From Camelus ferus (lineage: Eukaryota): a DNA stretch of 64,000 nucleotides. A program made the translations under genes and the position numbers. Of the stretch, positions 1-9,895 are shown one piece after another (position 1 is the first letter of the stretch; every line of letters starts with the position of its first letter). The notes beneath the pieces were generated by a model, which did no database searches, had not been told where the DNA came from, and saw nothing but the letters and a program-made list of their open reading frames with translations. The stretch spans positions 94,056,001 through 94,120,000 of the forward strand of contig NC_045697.1 of assembly GCF_009834535.1 (NCBI RefSeq). The letters are read 5' to 3'.

Positions 1-899
1 ACCATCTAACTCAACCCTGGTGGGACTTGGCGTTTGAAAGACTCCTTATTGACAATTTAAAATTTTTTTCTTCCATTTCTTAAAAAAAAAAAACAAAAAA
101 CAGACAAGAAAACCAAAGCTCTGGGCACACTGCAATAATAAGAGGATTTAGAAACAAATTGCTTTCAAATCAAGTTAAATCACTGCAAACACTCATTTAT
201 CCAAAACCCTGGTTAACAAACTTGTTTCCCTCCCGCCTTTTCCAGAAAAGGGTAGGGAAGAAAGCAACCCGGTTAGCTAGTTTCAAAGTTTGCAACCATG
301 TATATAAAACGAGTTTATGAGATCCTTGGTGCCCCCCACCCCACTTTTGCTGCCCTTAGAGGACAATGAAATAGACGAGGGTGCATTAACACTCACACAC
401 CAACCAGGAGTTTTATGAAAATTGATTTTGATAATCTCTCTTCAAATATTAGCTACTTCCCTCCTCTGTTTTAGGATATAATTTGTTTGGGCCCAGGCGG
501 TTGGCGCTCTTGGAGAGGGCTTGGGGTGAGAGGGTTATGTTGCTACGTTTTGTTTAGTTTCTCCCTGCAGGTTTCAATAAAGGTGGTGGCGGCGAGGTCA
601 AAGGATGCTGCATTACACGATATTCTGCACTTCAAAGCGGTCGTCAACCCCATCACCGAGGCTGTTAGTTATGTAATCACGGCCTCACTAAATTCTGGGG
701 TTCACTGAAGGGAGACTGAAAAATAAAAAGGGGAAGGGAAAAAAATCTAGATTGATACAGCAAGGAAGAAAGTACAGAGATTACACTGAAGAGGCACTTT
801 TAAAGGGCAAATTTAAAGTGTTGTTTTGTTTTGTGGGTGACGGGGTGGGGCTATCAAATGATTCCAGAGTAAGGAGGCAGAAAAGGTTGTTAATGCCAA

Positions 900-1230
900 T
901 ATCTGAATCTCGGCCCAGGACAGAATGCTCTTGCCATTGCCCTTGGCTGGAGCTACTAAAAGGCAGGCGGACGGCCGGGCTCGTATCTATTCTCCCAGGC
1001 AGAAGACCCCGTTGTCACCGTGCCGATACCAGGGCGCCTTGGAGACTAGAAGTCAGAGAGGCGAGACCTCTAGAGGACCCCGGCCGGCGTCGCCGGCGCG
1101 GATAACGGCCTCTGCGACCCAGGAAATCCTGCAGAGCCCCCAACAGGCGAGCCCTGCCGAAAGAGCTCCAAAGCAAAATTCTCTGGCTTGCCCTGTGCCG
1201 CTTTCGCCGCTAGGAGACGCCTATAACCCA
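900..1230. promoter_or_regulatory. Small upstream CpG-rich island
   Basis: Local cluster of CpGs (e.g. cggccggcgtcgccggcgcgg at 1081) set in AT-richer flanks, about 2.5 kb upstream of the main promoter. Confidence 0.5.
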
Positions 1231-2299
1231 CGTTTGTGGAGAGAGTTGCCCTTTCAAACACAACTGCTATTAAAAAAAAAAAAAAAGAAAGCAGCTCAAG
1301 TGTTACAGTGGATCAGTGGATGTAGTGATTATTTACAGGCAAATCTGGCCATCTCTCCACGTTCTCATCTCCACCTCTAGTAGCTCTCTGGCTCTCAGCG
1401 AACGTCCAAAGTGCTCAAACTTCATCAATATTTTGAGAGCACAAACCCTCTCCCCCAATTTCTGGATCTGCATTGTCATTCAGCCGCATGTCTCTCACAC
1501 GCAAACACGCGCGCACACGCGCGCGCGCACAAGTGTTTCCGTAAGTACAAATCAAACATTAGAAAATTACCGTCATTTAAAAATATGCTCCAAGATTCTG
1601 ATGAGTCAGCTTGAAGACCTCAAAACATTTCATTTCAATCCTGCGGATGTAAAGAAAAATATGGGAGGGGGATGGGAGGGGTATAAAGTACAAATGCAAT
1701 GCCGTTATTAATATTCAGATACACTATAATCTCTTTTTCATTGATCCACAGGTCTTTTTATAAACTGCCGCTCCATTCTCAGCCGCAGACGTGATGCTAA
1801 AATCATTTTAACTGCAGCGGTTTTCGCTCGGCTTTGGCCAGTCTTCAATTTACTGCAGCTGGAAAAGGATTAGCCATTTTTTGCTGGCATCCTTCCCTTC
1901 TAACCGCTCAAAGGCAGGACCCATCTCCATGAAAGAGCCAAGGGGGCGGGGGGCTAGGGCAGTAGACACGCAGTCGCGGGACTCGCAGGGACATGCCTCA
2001 GTCTACAATCAAACCCAAGGCCACTCGCCCTCCTTAATTCCCTGCCAGGAAGGAATGGCAACGTACCTTGGGATCGGGGAAACGACTCTTCTTTTCCCGC
2101 AGGTTGTGACGGTGTTACTCACAGGTCATTCATTCAGGAAGCCACAAGGGACCTTCTTATCCTGTGGCGTAAAAAGGAAACTGAACAAGGGGTGGTTTGG
2201 TTGAATAAACAACCTTCTACAGCCCATTAATTAACATAAAATTATGTTTAAAAAAAACATTTTCTCGGAGAATTAACATTCAATCCACTCTTCAGCATT

Positions 2300-3700
2300 G
2301 AAGAGTTCGCGCTGTATTTTAACTTCATAAAAACTGGGTGCTTGGATGCGCCGCTTCCCACCGGCGCCTCGGGAGTGAGCACTCAGCTCGTCAAGCGCAT
2401 CCTTCGGGACCCAGAAGGGTATGTGGGAGGTGCTCGGTTGGGGCTTACACAGAGCGGTGCGCTGGACCAGGGAGGTTAGATGACAGCACTGTGAATGTGC
2501 AAGCGCGTTCGCAGATACCCGCAGCGGCACACACTCGAACCCCGCGTGTGCACGGCCCCTGACCACGCACCACCCCCAACCCCGCCCCCGCCCGCATTCC
2601 CGGCCGCCTAGCTGTCCTCATCCAGCGGTCTTGACCCAAGCTGGGCAAGAATCGGTGCACCGGCCTAGTTTAGGGCGTGGGGGCGGGGTGGGGGGTCCTC
2701 CAACTGTCAGAAAAAGCAGAAAAAAGCCTGTGCGCGCCGCCGCTGCGCCGCGCTGCGCCGAATGAGGCTCAGAGATATTCCAGGCGCCTTGCGGCTCTCG
2801 GCGGAGCTCAGTGCCCGATGCCCGCGAGTCGGACGTTGAGCGGGCGGGCTTTCGAAGGCAGAGCTCAAATGATACTCCTCAGTCATTGATCAAAGCGCTC
2901 ACAGCTCAAACCAGGTCCCCAAGCAAATTAATCTATTTGGTAAGAATATTGTGGATATACGTTTAAAGGGAAAACGCAAGCCTAACACGACTGCACGCCT
3001 ATAGGAGGTGCCAGCCCTCATGCCTGGGCGTGAATCCCCCGGCTTTTCAGGACCAATCTCCGCCCCATACTCCAACTGCTTCACCCCTTTCCACACGGCC
3101 CTTTCAGACCCTCACACTTAGTTTGACACGGGCCGTGTTATGTCTGTTTTTCAAATGTCCTGCCAATCTCCGCCAGAGTCCCTTAATTAGTAACCCTTGC
3201 CAATTAGTGGCCCCTCTGCAACTTTTTCCTGTTTTCGGTGACTTATTTCCAAAATCAGTAGCAAGGAAAATACCTTAAAGGAAAAAGAATGTTAGCGTCA
3301 TTGGAAACCCCGCTCCTGGGAGACGATACCGCTGTTGCTATTATGTTTTCGCATTTGCTGATGCAAACAGGGGAACCTCTCTATTCCCTTTCCATTACCT
3401 GCTGCTGGGGACTGGGAACTTTCCGCGGCAGAGTCCCCAGCTAGCGCCTCGGGACCTGCCGGGCTGTTCTCGCTCTCACACTCACACTCACCCAGGCAGC
3501 CGGGGCGCGGGTTCTATCCCGCCCGGCCCGGCTGCCTAGTGACGCGCCTGCTTGACGGCCAGTTTGGCCAATTAGCGGCGGCTCGGTGGGTGGTGCTCCT
3601 CAGCGATTGGTTGGCAGAATGAGGGCGCTGCGCAAAAACAGAGAAGCAAAGCGCTCGGAGCTCAGAAACTGCCAGCCGAGATCACAGTCTCTATGGCTGA
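2300..3700 (+). promoter_or_regulatory. PCDH10 CpG-island promoter; probable TSS near 3650-3700
   Basis: High GC and CpG density. GC boxes near 2581-2592 and 2680-2687, CRE-like GTGACGCG near 3539, CCAAT near 3568 and inverted ATTGG near 3606. The switch to a purine-rich leader after about 3660 marks the inferred TSS. Confidence 0.7.
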
Positions 3701-4509
3701 GGCAGAGGAGGGAAGGACTGGAAGGAAGAGAGACAGGTTAGGGGGAAGAAGAGTCTTGGTAAAGAAATAGAAGAAAAGCAACTGCTCATCACACTTACAG
3801 AGAGGCAAACGGCGGTGGAGATGAGGACAGAGAGAGACAAGACTATGAAAGCCAAAAATCACAAATAGAGCGAAAGAGAAAAAAATGCCAAGAAGAACAT
3901 CCATCCGGAGAAATGAAGAGAATGAAAGTTTTATGCTGCAGAGCCATTCTGGGCTTTTCCGGCACAAAATTCTCTAGCTGTTTTTAAGCTCTTTTGCATT
4001 TGCCAGCCCATTTGCCAGCCGTTGACATTAAGAGGCATGTTCAGCGGTGCCAACAGCATCTCCTCTTCCTCTTCATCTTCCTCCTCCTCCTTCTCCTTCT
4101 TTTCCTCCTCCTTCTCCCATCAGCAAGAAGACAAACCGAGGACAGTCTTTAAATATCGAAATTTCCTCCTTGGGATTTGCCAGCGCCGCGTTGCGCCAAG
4201 ACTGTCGGAATAAAGGAGGCTGACTATTGTATTATTATTTCATTAATTGGTCATTGGGAAGATTACTGATGAGGAAAAGGGGCGCCCGTCACCCTTCCTG
4301 CACTAAGATTGAAAAATGAGGCTGAATTGGGGGAAACCCTAAAATGAAACGAAAGGAATAAGATTGTTAAGGACAGAAAGCCACAGGAGACCCCCACATA
4401 GCGCACTTTTATTTTTATTTTTTATTTGAGATTTCTTTTTTTCGTGGTGGTGGGGGAAGTGATTGGGTGGCTGACTGGCTGCGGGAAGCTGCTTCCTTTC
4501 CCTTTGGAG
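3664..4509 (+). other. PCDH10 5' UTR (about 850 nt) with several upstream ATGs and a (TCC/TCT)n tract at about 4059-4118
   Basis: Lies between the promoter motifs and ATG 4510. uATGs counted directly. The 5' boundary is inferred. Confidence 0.6.
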
Positions 4510-7134
4510 ATGATTGTGCTATTATTCTTTGCCTTGCTCTGGATGGTGGAAGGAGTCTTTTCCCAGCTTCACTACACGGTGCAGGAGGAGCAGGAACATG
4601 GCACTTTCGTGGGGAATATCGCTGAAGATCTGGGCTTGGACATTACAAAACTTTCGGCTCGCGGCTTTCAAACGGCGCCCAACTCTCGGACCCCTTACTT
4701 GGACCTCAACCTGGAGACCGGGGTGCTGTACGTGAACGAAAAGATAGACCGCGAGCAAATCTGCAAGCAGAGCCCCTCCTGTGTCCTGCACCTGGAAGTC
4801 TTCCTGGAGAACCCCCTGGAGCTATTCCGGGTGGAGATCGAGGTGCTGGACATCAATGACAACCCCCCCTCCTTCCCGGAGCCGGACCTGACCGTGGAGA
4901 TCTCTGAGAGCGCCACGCCGGGCACCCGCTTCCCCTTGGAGAGCGCATTCGACCCAGACGTGGGCACCAACTCCTTGCGCGACTATGAGATCACCCCCAA
5001 CAGCTATTTCTCCCTGGACGTGCAGACCCAGGGGGATGGCAACCGATTCGCCGAGCTGGTGCTGGAGAAGCCGCTGGACCGAGAGCAGCAAGCGGTGCAC
5101 CGCTACGTGCTGACCGCGGTGGACGGGGGAGGAGGGGGAGGAGAAGGAGGAGGAGGCGGTGGGGGAGGGGGCCTGCTCCCCCAGCAGCAGCGCACCGGCA
5201 CGGCCCTACTCACCATCCGAGTGCTGGACTCCAACGACAATGTGCCCGCCTTCGACCAACCCGTCTACACTGTGTCCCTACCAGAGAACTCGCCGCCGGG
5301 CACGCTAGTGATCCAGCTTAACGCCACAGACCCAGATGAGGGCCAGAATGGCGAGGTCGTGTACTCCTTCAGCAGCCACATTTCACCCCGGGCGCGGGAG
5401 CTCTTCGGACTCTCTCCTCGCACTGGCCGGCTGGAGGTGAGCGGCGAGCTGGACTACGAAGAGAGCCCAGTGTACCAAGTGTACGTACAAGCCAAAGACC
5501 TGGGCCCCAACGCCGTGCCCGCGCACTGCAAGGTGATAGTGAGAGTGCTGGATGCTAACGACAACGCGCCTGAGATCAGCTTCAGCACCGTGAAGGAGGC
5601 GGTGAGCGAGGGCGCGGCGCCCGGCACAGTGGTGGCCTTGTTCAGCGTGACAGACCGCGACTCAGAAGAGAATGGGCAGGTGCAGTGCGAGCTGCTGGGG
5701 GATGTGCCGTTCCGCCTCAAGTCTTCCTTCAAAAACTACTATACCATTGTGACCGAGGCTCCTCTGGACCGAGAGGCGGGAGACTCCTACACCCTGACCG
5801 TGGTGGCTCGGGACCGGGGCGAGCCTGCGCTCTCCACCAGTAAGTCGATCCAGGTGCAAGTGTCAGATGTGAACGACAACGCACCGCGGTTCAGCCAGCC
5901 GGTCTACGACGTGTATGTGACCGAGAACAACGTGCCGGGCGCCTACATCTACGCGGTGAGCGCCACAGACCGTGATGAGGGCGCCAACGCCCAGCTAGCC
6001 TACTCTATCCTCGAGTGCCAGATCCAGGGCATGAGCGTCTTCACTTACGTGTCCATCAACTCCGAGAACGGCTACTTGTACGCCCTGCGCTCCTTCGACT
6101 ACGAACAGCTCAAGGACTTCAGCTTCCAAGTGGAAGCCCGGGACGCGGGCAGCCCCCAGGCGCTGGCTGGCAACGCCACTGTCAACATCCTCATCGTGGA
6201 TCAGAACGACAACGCCCCTGCCATCGTGGCGCCCCTTCCAGGGCGCAACGGGACTCCAGCACGCGAAGTGCTGCCCCGCTCGGCGGAGCCGGGTTACCTG
6301 CTGACCCGCGTGGCCGCGGTGGACGCGGACGACGGCGAGAACGCCCGGCTCACCTACAGCATTGTGCGGGGCAACGAAATGAACCTCTTCCGCATGGACT
6401 GGCGCACGGGAGAGCTCCGCACAGCGCGCCGGGTGCCGGCCAAGCGCGACCCCCAGCGGCCTTATGAGCTGGTGATCGAGGTGCGCGACCACGGGCAGCC
6501 TCCCCTGTCCTCCACCGCCACCCTGGTGGTGCAGCTGGTGGATGGTGCTGTCGAGCCCCAGGGTGGGGGCGGGGGCGGGGGCGGGGGGTCAGGAGAGCAC
6601 CAGCGCCCCAGCCGCTCCGGCGGCGGGGAGACCTCGCTGGACCTCACCCTCATCCTCATCATCGCGCTGGGCTCAGTGTCCTTCATCTTCCTCCTGGCCA
6701 TGATAGTGCTTGCTGTGCGTTGCCAAAAAGAGAAGAAGCTCAACATCTACACGTGTCTGGCCAGCGACTGCTGCCTTTGCTGCTGCTGCTGTGGCGGTGG
6801 GGGCTCGACCTGCTGCGGCCGCCAAGCCCGGGCGCGCAAGAAGAAACTCAGCAAGTCGGACATCATGCTGGTGCAAAGCTCCAACGTACCCAGTAACCCG
6901 GCCCAAGTGCCGGTGGAGGAGTCCGGGGGCTTTGGCTCCCATCACCACAACCAGAATTACTGCTACCAGGTCTGCCTGACCCCTGAGTCCGCCAAGACCG
7001 ACCTGATGTTCCTTAAGCCCTGCAGCCCTTCGCGGAGTACGGACACTGAGCACAACCCCTGCGGGGCTATCGTCACGGGTTACACAGACCAGCAGCCCGA
7101 CATCATCTCCAACGGAAGCATTTTGTCCAACGAG
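4510..7134 (+). CDS. PCDH10: Protocadherin-10 coding exon 1 (875 codons): signal peptide, six cadherin repeats, transmembrane helix, proximal cytoplasmic tail
   Basis: ATG at 4510 (gagATGa) starts MIVLLFFALLWMVEGVFSQLHY. Repeated cadherin Ca-binding motifs (DINDNPP, DSNDNVP, DANDNAP, DVNDNAP, DQNDNAP; LDRE, LDYE, FDYE). Gly-rich insert in EC2, TM segment LILIIALGSVSFIFLLAMIVLAV and Cys cluster CCLCCCCC, all typical of PCDH10. Donor GAG|gtaagg at 7134/7135, phase 0. Confidence 0.98.
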
Positions 7135-7194
7135 GTAAGGCTGAAGCGAAAGGACCACCATCTCTCATCTCCTCCATCTGAAAGCCTCCTCTAG
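4510..7194 (+). CDS. PCDH10: Short PCDH10 isoform (894 aa) from read-through of the exon 1 donor, ending VRLKRKDHHLSSPPSESLL
   Basis: The frame stays open 19 codons past the donor to TAG at 7192-7194. AATAAA at 7577-7582 is followed by a T/G-rich stretch. A short single-coding-exon isoform is known in human and mouse. Confidence 0.8.
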   Translation: MIVLLFFALLWMVEGVFSQLHYTVQEEQEHGTFVGNIAEDLGLDITKLSARGFQTAPNSRTPYLDLNLETGVLYVNEKIDREQICKQSPSCVLHLEVFLENPLELFRVEIEVLDINDNPPSFPEPDLTVEISESATPGTRFPLESAFDPDVGTNSLRDYEITPNSYFSLDVQTQGDGNRFAELVLEKPLDREQQAVHRYVLTAVDGGGGGGEGGGGGGGGGLLPQQQRTGTALLTIRVLDSNDNVPAFDQPVYTVSLPENSPPGTLVIQLNATDPDEGQNGEVVYSFSSHISPRARELFGLSPRTGRLEVSGELDYEESPVYQVYVQAKDLGPNAVPAHCKVIVRVLDANDNAPEISFSTVKEAVSEGAAPGTVVALFSVTDRDSEENGQVQCELLGDVPFRLKSSFKNYYTIVTEAPLDREAGDSYTLTVVARDRGEPALSTSKSIQVQVSDVNDNAPRFSQPVYDVYVTENNVPGAYIYAVSATDRDEGANAQLAYSILECQIQGMSVFTYVSINSENGYLYALRSFDYEQLKDFSFQVEARDAGSPQALAGNATVNILIVDQNDNAPAIVAPLPGRNGTPAREVLPRSAEPGYLLTRVAAVDADDGENARLTYSIVRGNEMNLFRMDWRTGELRTARRVPAKRDPQRPYELVIEVRDHGQPPLSSTATLVVQLVDGAVEPQGGGGGGGGGSGEHQRPSRSGGGETSLDLTLILIIALGSVSFIFLLAMIVLAVRCQKEKKLNIYTCLASDCCLCCCCCGGGGSTCCGRQARARKKKLSKSDIMLVQSSNVPSNPAQVPVEESGGFGSHHHNQNYCYQVCLTPESAKTDLMFLKPCSPSRSTDTEHNPCGAIVTGYTDQQPDIISNGSILSNEVRLKRKDHHLSSPPSESLL

Positions 7195-8715
7195 CCCGGC
7201 CCTTGTATCTCTGGTGCACTGTGTATTTATATTTAGGATATTAGTTTATTTGTATTTTTATGGGGACAGGAATGGGGGAATCACCTCTCCTACCCCTTCG
7301 TGTGTAACAAACTTCGTGTTGTCCCTAATTTTCTGCGCTCCACCCCTTCACGTTTATTTTCATCGCCCCCCTCCCCCCTTTGGTGCTTTGCCACCTTGGA
7401 CCTTCCTTCTTTCCTCTGGCATCTTTCCTTTAAAATCCTAAGCCCCCTTTCAGTCCTTTCTCTGCTTAGAAACCTGGGGGTTAAGGGGGAAGTGCGCGGG
7501 GGGAGAGGGAAATGGGGTGGAGGGACTTTCTGGCTCTGCCAAAGGTCTTTTTCGCTTTGCATTTGTCCCAGGAGTTAATAAAGTTAACTGTTTTGCTTTG
7601 TTTATCAGTGCTTTCAGTCGCGTGTAAAAGTAAGCTATAGATTGTTTAACTTTGCACAGTTGTCTAAACTCGAATGCATGTTTTAGTGAATGAGTTATCA
7701 GATCCTTGTCCTCTGAACTCGGGTTCCAGAAAAGCCTTCAGTTCTGCTCTGGACAGCATTTACAGACGCTCTTGAAGCCGAACGCCCACACAGTGTGAAT
7801 TTGAATGAAGTTGCTTTGGCACAAACCCCTGTAAGCGTAAACTAACGGAAGGCTTAAACAGTTGTTGTCGTAAATACACCTTTTAGCTAATAATCGCCTT
7901 CTTGCCACCGTTCTTGATAAATCACTGCTATTGGCTTTCTTCATCAAAGAATTTGCCTTGTCAATTCCGATTTCTTCTTATAAGATGAAGAAGTGGCGAA
8001 GTTGAAAGGAGGGAGGGAGCGGGAGAACAGTCGATTTATGTAAAAGAAAGTTTGGACCGGAAAAGGTGTGTGGGTGGTGAAGGTGGGAGGGGACTGCAGA
8101 GGCTATTGGGAGGGGGAAAAGAATTGGGGCCAGGATGGGAGGGAGGATTATGAACTCCCTTCTTGGCAGGTTATTTAATTTATTTGAGTCTTAGATATTA
8201 TTAATTGACTTTCATGAATATTTGTACAGCTCATTTGTATCTTAAGCACATTTTGAAAATAAACAACAAAATAATTCCATAAAACATCCAAACTTTTTGC
8301 TTATTGAGCGTGCTGTTTTTCTTGTGTCAACCAGTATGCACCTAAACACTTTTTTAGACCACTGAAAGAAAGACTGCAGCATATAACTAGGTTGACTCTA
8401 TTAGAGACAATAGTTTATGCGCCCCAGCTATGAGGTTATTTGCATTCTCTCCTTAAAACACACACACACACACATTTAAAATTGGCCTTTTATTTCTGCA
8501 ATTTTTTAACCTTTACTGAAAATCTATATTGCAGTGTCTCTACATGTCTTCTTGCCTTTAGCCAGCAATCACTAGTCCAAGGTTTTAGGACAGCTTAGAA
8601 ATTCATCAAAATGTACACAATTACTTAAGCTAGAATTCATTCTGAATGTCAAAAGCAGACTGTCAGTTAAACCCTTAGCATTCAAATGCTCTTGATTTAT
8701 TTATTTTTTTTCTAG

Positions 8716-8774
8716 ACTAAACACCAGCGAGCAGAGCTCAGCTATCTAGTTGACAGACCTCGCCGAGTTAACAG
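8716..8774 (+). CDS. PCDH10: PCDH10 exon 2 (59 nt): TKHQRAELSYLVDRPRRVN(S)
   Basis: Acceptor ttttttttctag| and donor AACAG|gtacgg. Continues phase 0 from exon 1 and ends in phase 2. Peptide matches the recalled PCDH10 tail. Confidence 0.95.
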
Positions 8775-9341
8775 GTACGGACTTTTTTTCTAGTTTGGTG
8801 AATGGACAGTTTACTACCTACTAAAAGTGGGAATTAGGTATATCATTCAATATGAAAATAGAAACCGGATAAAATATTTCCAGTTAGCGCAGAACATAAA
8901 TATTCATTATGTTGGGTTTCCTAGACAATAAAGTAAAAGTAAAAAATAGGGGTGTATTTCATTTATATATAACTACTAAATGTAGTTGAATAGTTTGTCG
9001 GTTTACACTCCTACACTGCTTCTGATAATCTTCCTGTTCCAGGTATATATATACATGCACACACACACACACACCTCTTCTATGAAAATGATATAAACAT
9101 ATGCTTAGTTCCAATCATAAAATCCTGACTAAACTACATGCCTTAAGGACTCAAACTGACTTATTATGTTCAATTTTAGAAAGTTAGGCTTAAGGTTAAG
9201 AAAACAAGCTTTGCACAGAAAAGAGACACCTGAGAGCTTGAGGCATCTGCAGCACCATCGGTGACCATGTGGTGGCAGAAGAATGTTTTCTTTGTTTCTT
9301 CACCTTTTTTTATTCTAATCTTCACATTTTTGTACTTCTAG

Positions 9342-9448
9342 TTCTGCATTCCAAGAAGCCGACATAGTAAGCTCTAAGGACAGTGGTCATGGAGACAGTG
9401 AACAGGGAGATAGTGATCATGATGCTACCAACCGCGGCCAGTCAGCTG
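9342..9448 (+). CDS. PCDH10: PCDH10 exon 3 (107 nt) with delta-protocadherin motif CM1: SAFQEADIVSSKDSGHGDSEQGDSDHDATNRGQSA(G)
   Basis: Long pyrimidine tract ending ttctag| and donor GCTG|gtaagt. Phase 2 in, phase 1 out. Contains the KDSGHGDSEQGDSD CM1 motif. Confidence 0.96.
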
Positions 9449-9764
9449 GTAAGTGTGATCGAAGTGCAATGCTGACTTTTATGGTGTGTTTTTTTTTTTT
9501 TAAATAAATCCTGAAAGGATGATGTTCTAGGTAATTTTTAATGTTAGTAAATCTACAGAAAAATGATGCCATCCTATGATGATAATTGTATACTCACAGA
9601 GGATTGTAAAAATGTAATGTTCCTTTGGAGAATGAAAGTTAGAAATTCATTGTGGCATCTGTTAGAATATGAAACATTCTTCCTTATATAATTTTTTTAA
9701 TGGAATTATATTGCGTACAAAAAGTTGTGGATTTCTCATTTGGTCCAGTCCTCAGTCTTCAGTC

Positions 9765-9895
9765 AGTTAAGGTATTATTAGACTTGTTTATGGATGAGGT
9801 AACTGAGGATAAATGAAATTGACTGACCTGCGCAAAGTCACAGAGGGTAAGTGGAAGACTGGGGACCAGAATCCAAATTTCTCGCCTTCCAGAGA
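9765..9895 (-). mobile_element. MIR SINE fragment
   Basis: Core motif gatgaggtaactgagg...gacctgcgcaaagtcacagagggtaagtgg. Confidence 0.75.

Noticed and set aside
487..3278. Several 60-150 aa ORFs upstream of PCDH10
   Set aside because: GC-rich promoter sequence with low-complexity products and no domain or exon structure.
4426..4509. 28-aa N-terminal extension in the 922-aa ORF call
   Set aside because: It starts at TTG. The ATG at 4510 directly opens the signal peptide and matches the known N-terminus.
4514..7161. Overlapping antisense and alternate-frame ORFs within exon 1
   Set aside because: Expected by-products of GC-rich codon usage in a long CDS, with no recognisable domains.
9247..9268. 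REST/RE1-like CAGCACCA half-site
   Set aside because: The right half (GGACAG) is missing, so it is not a canonical RE1.
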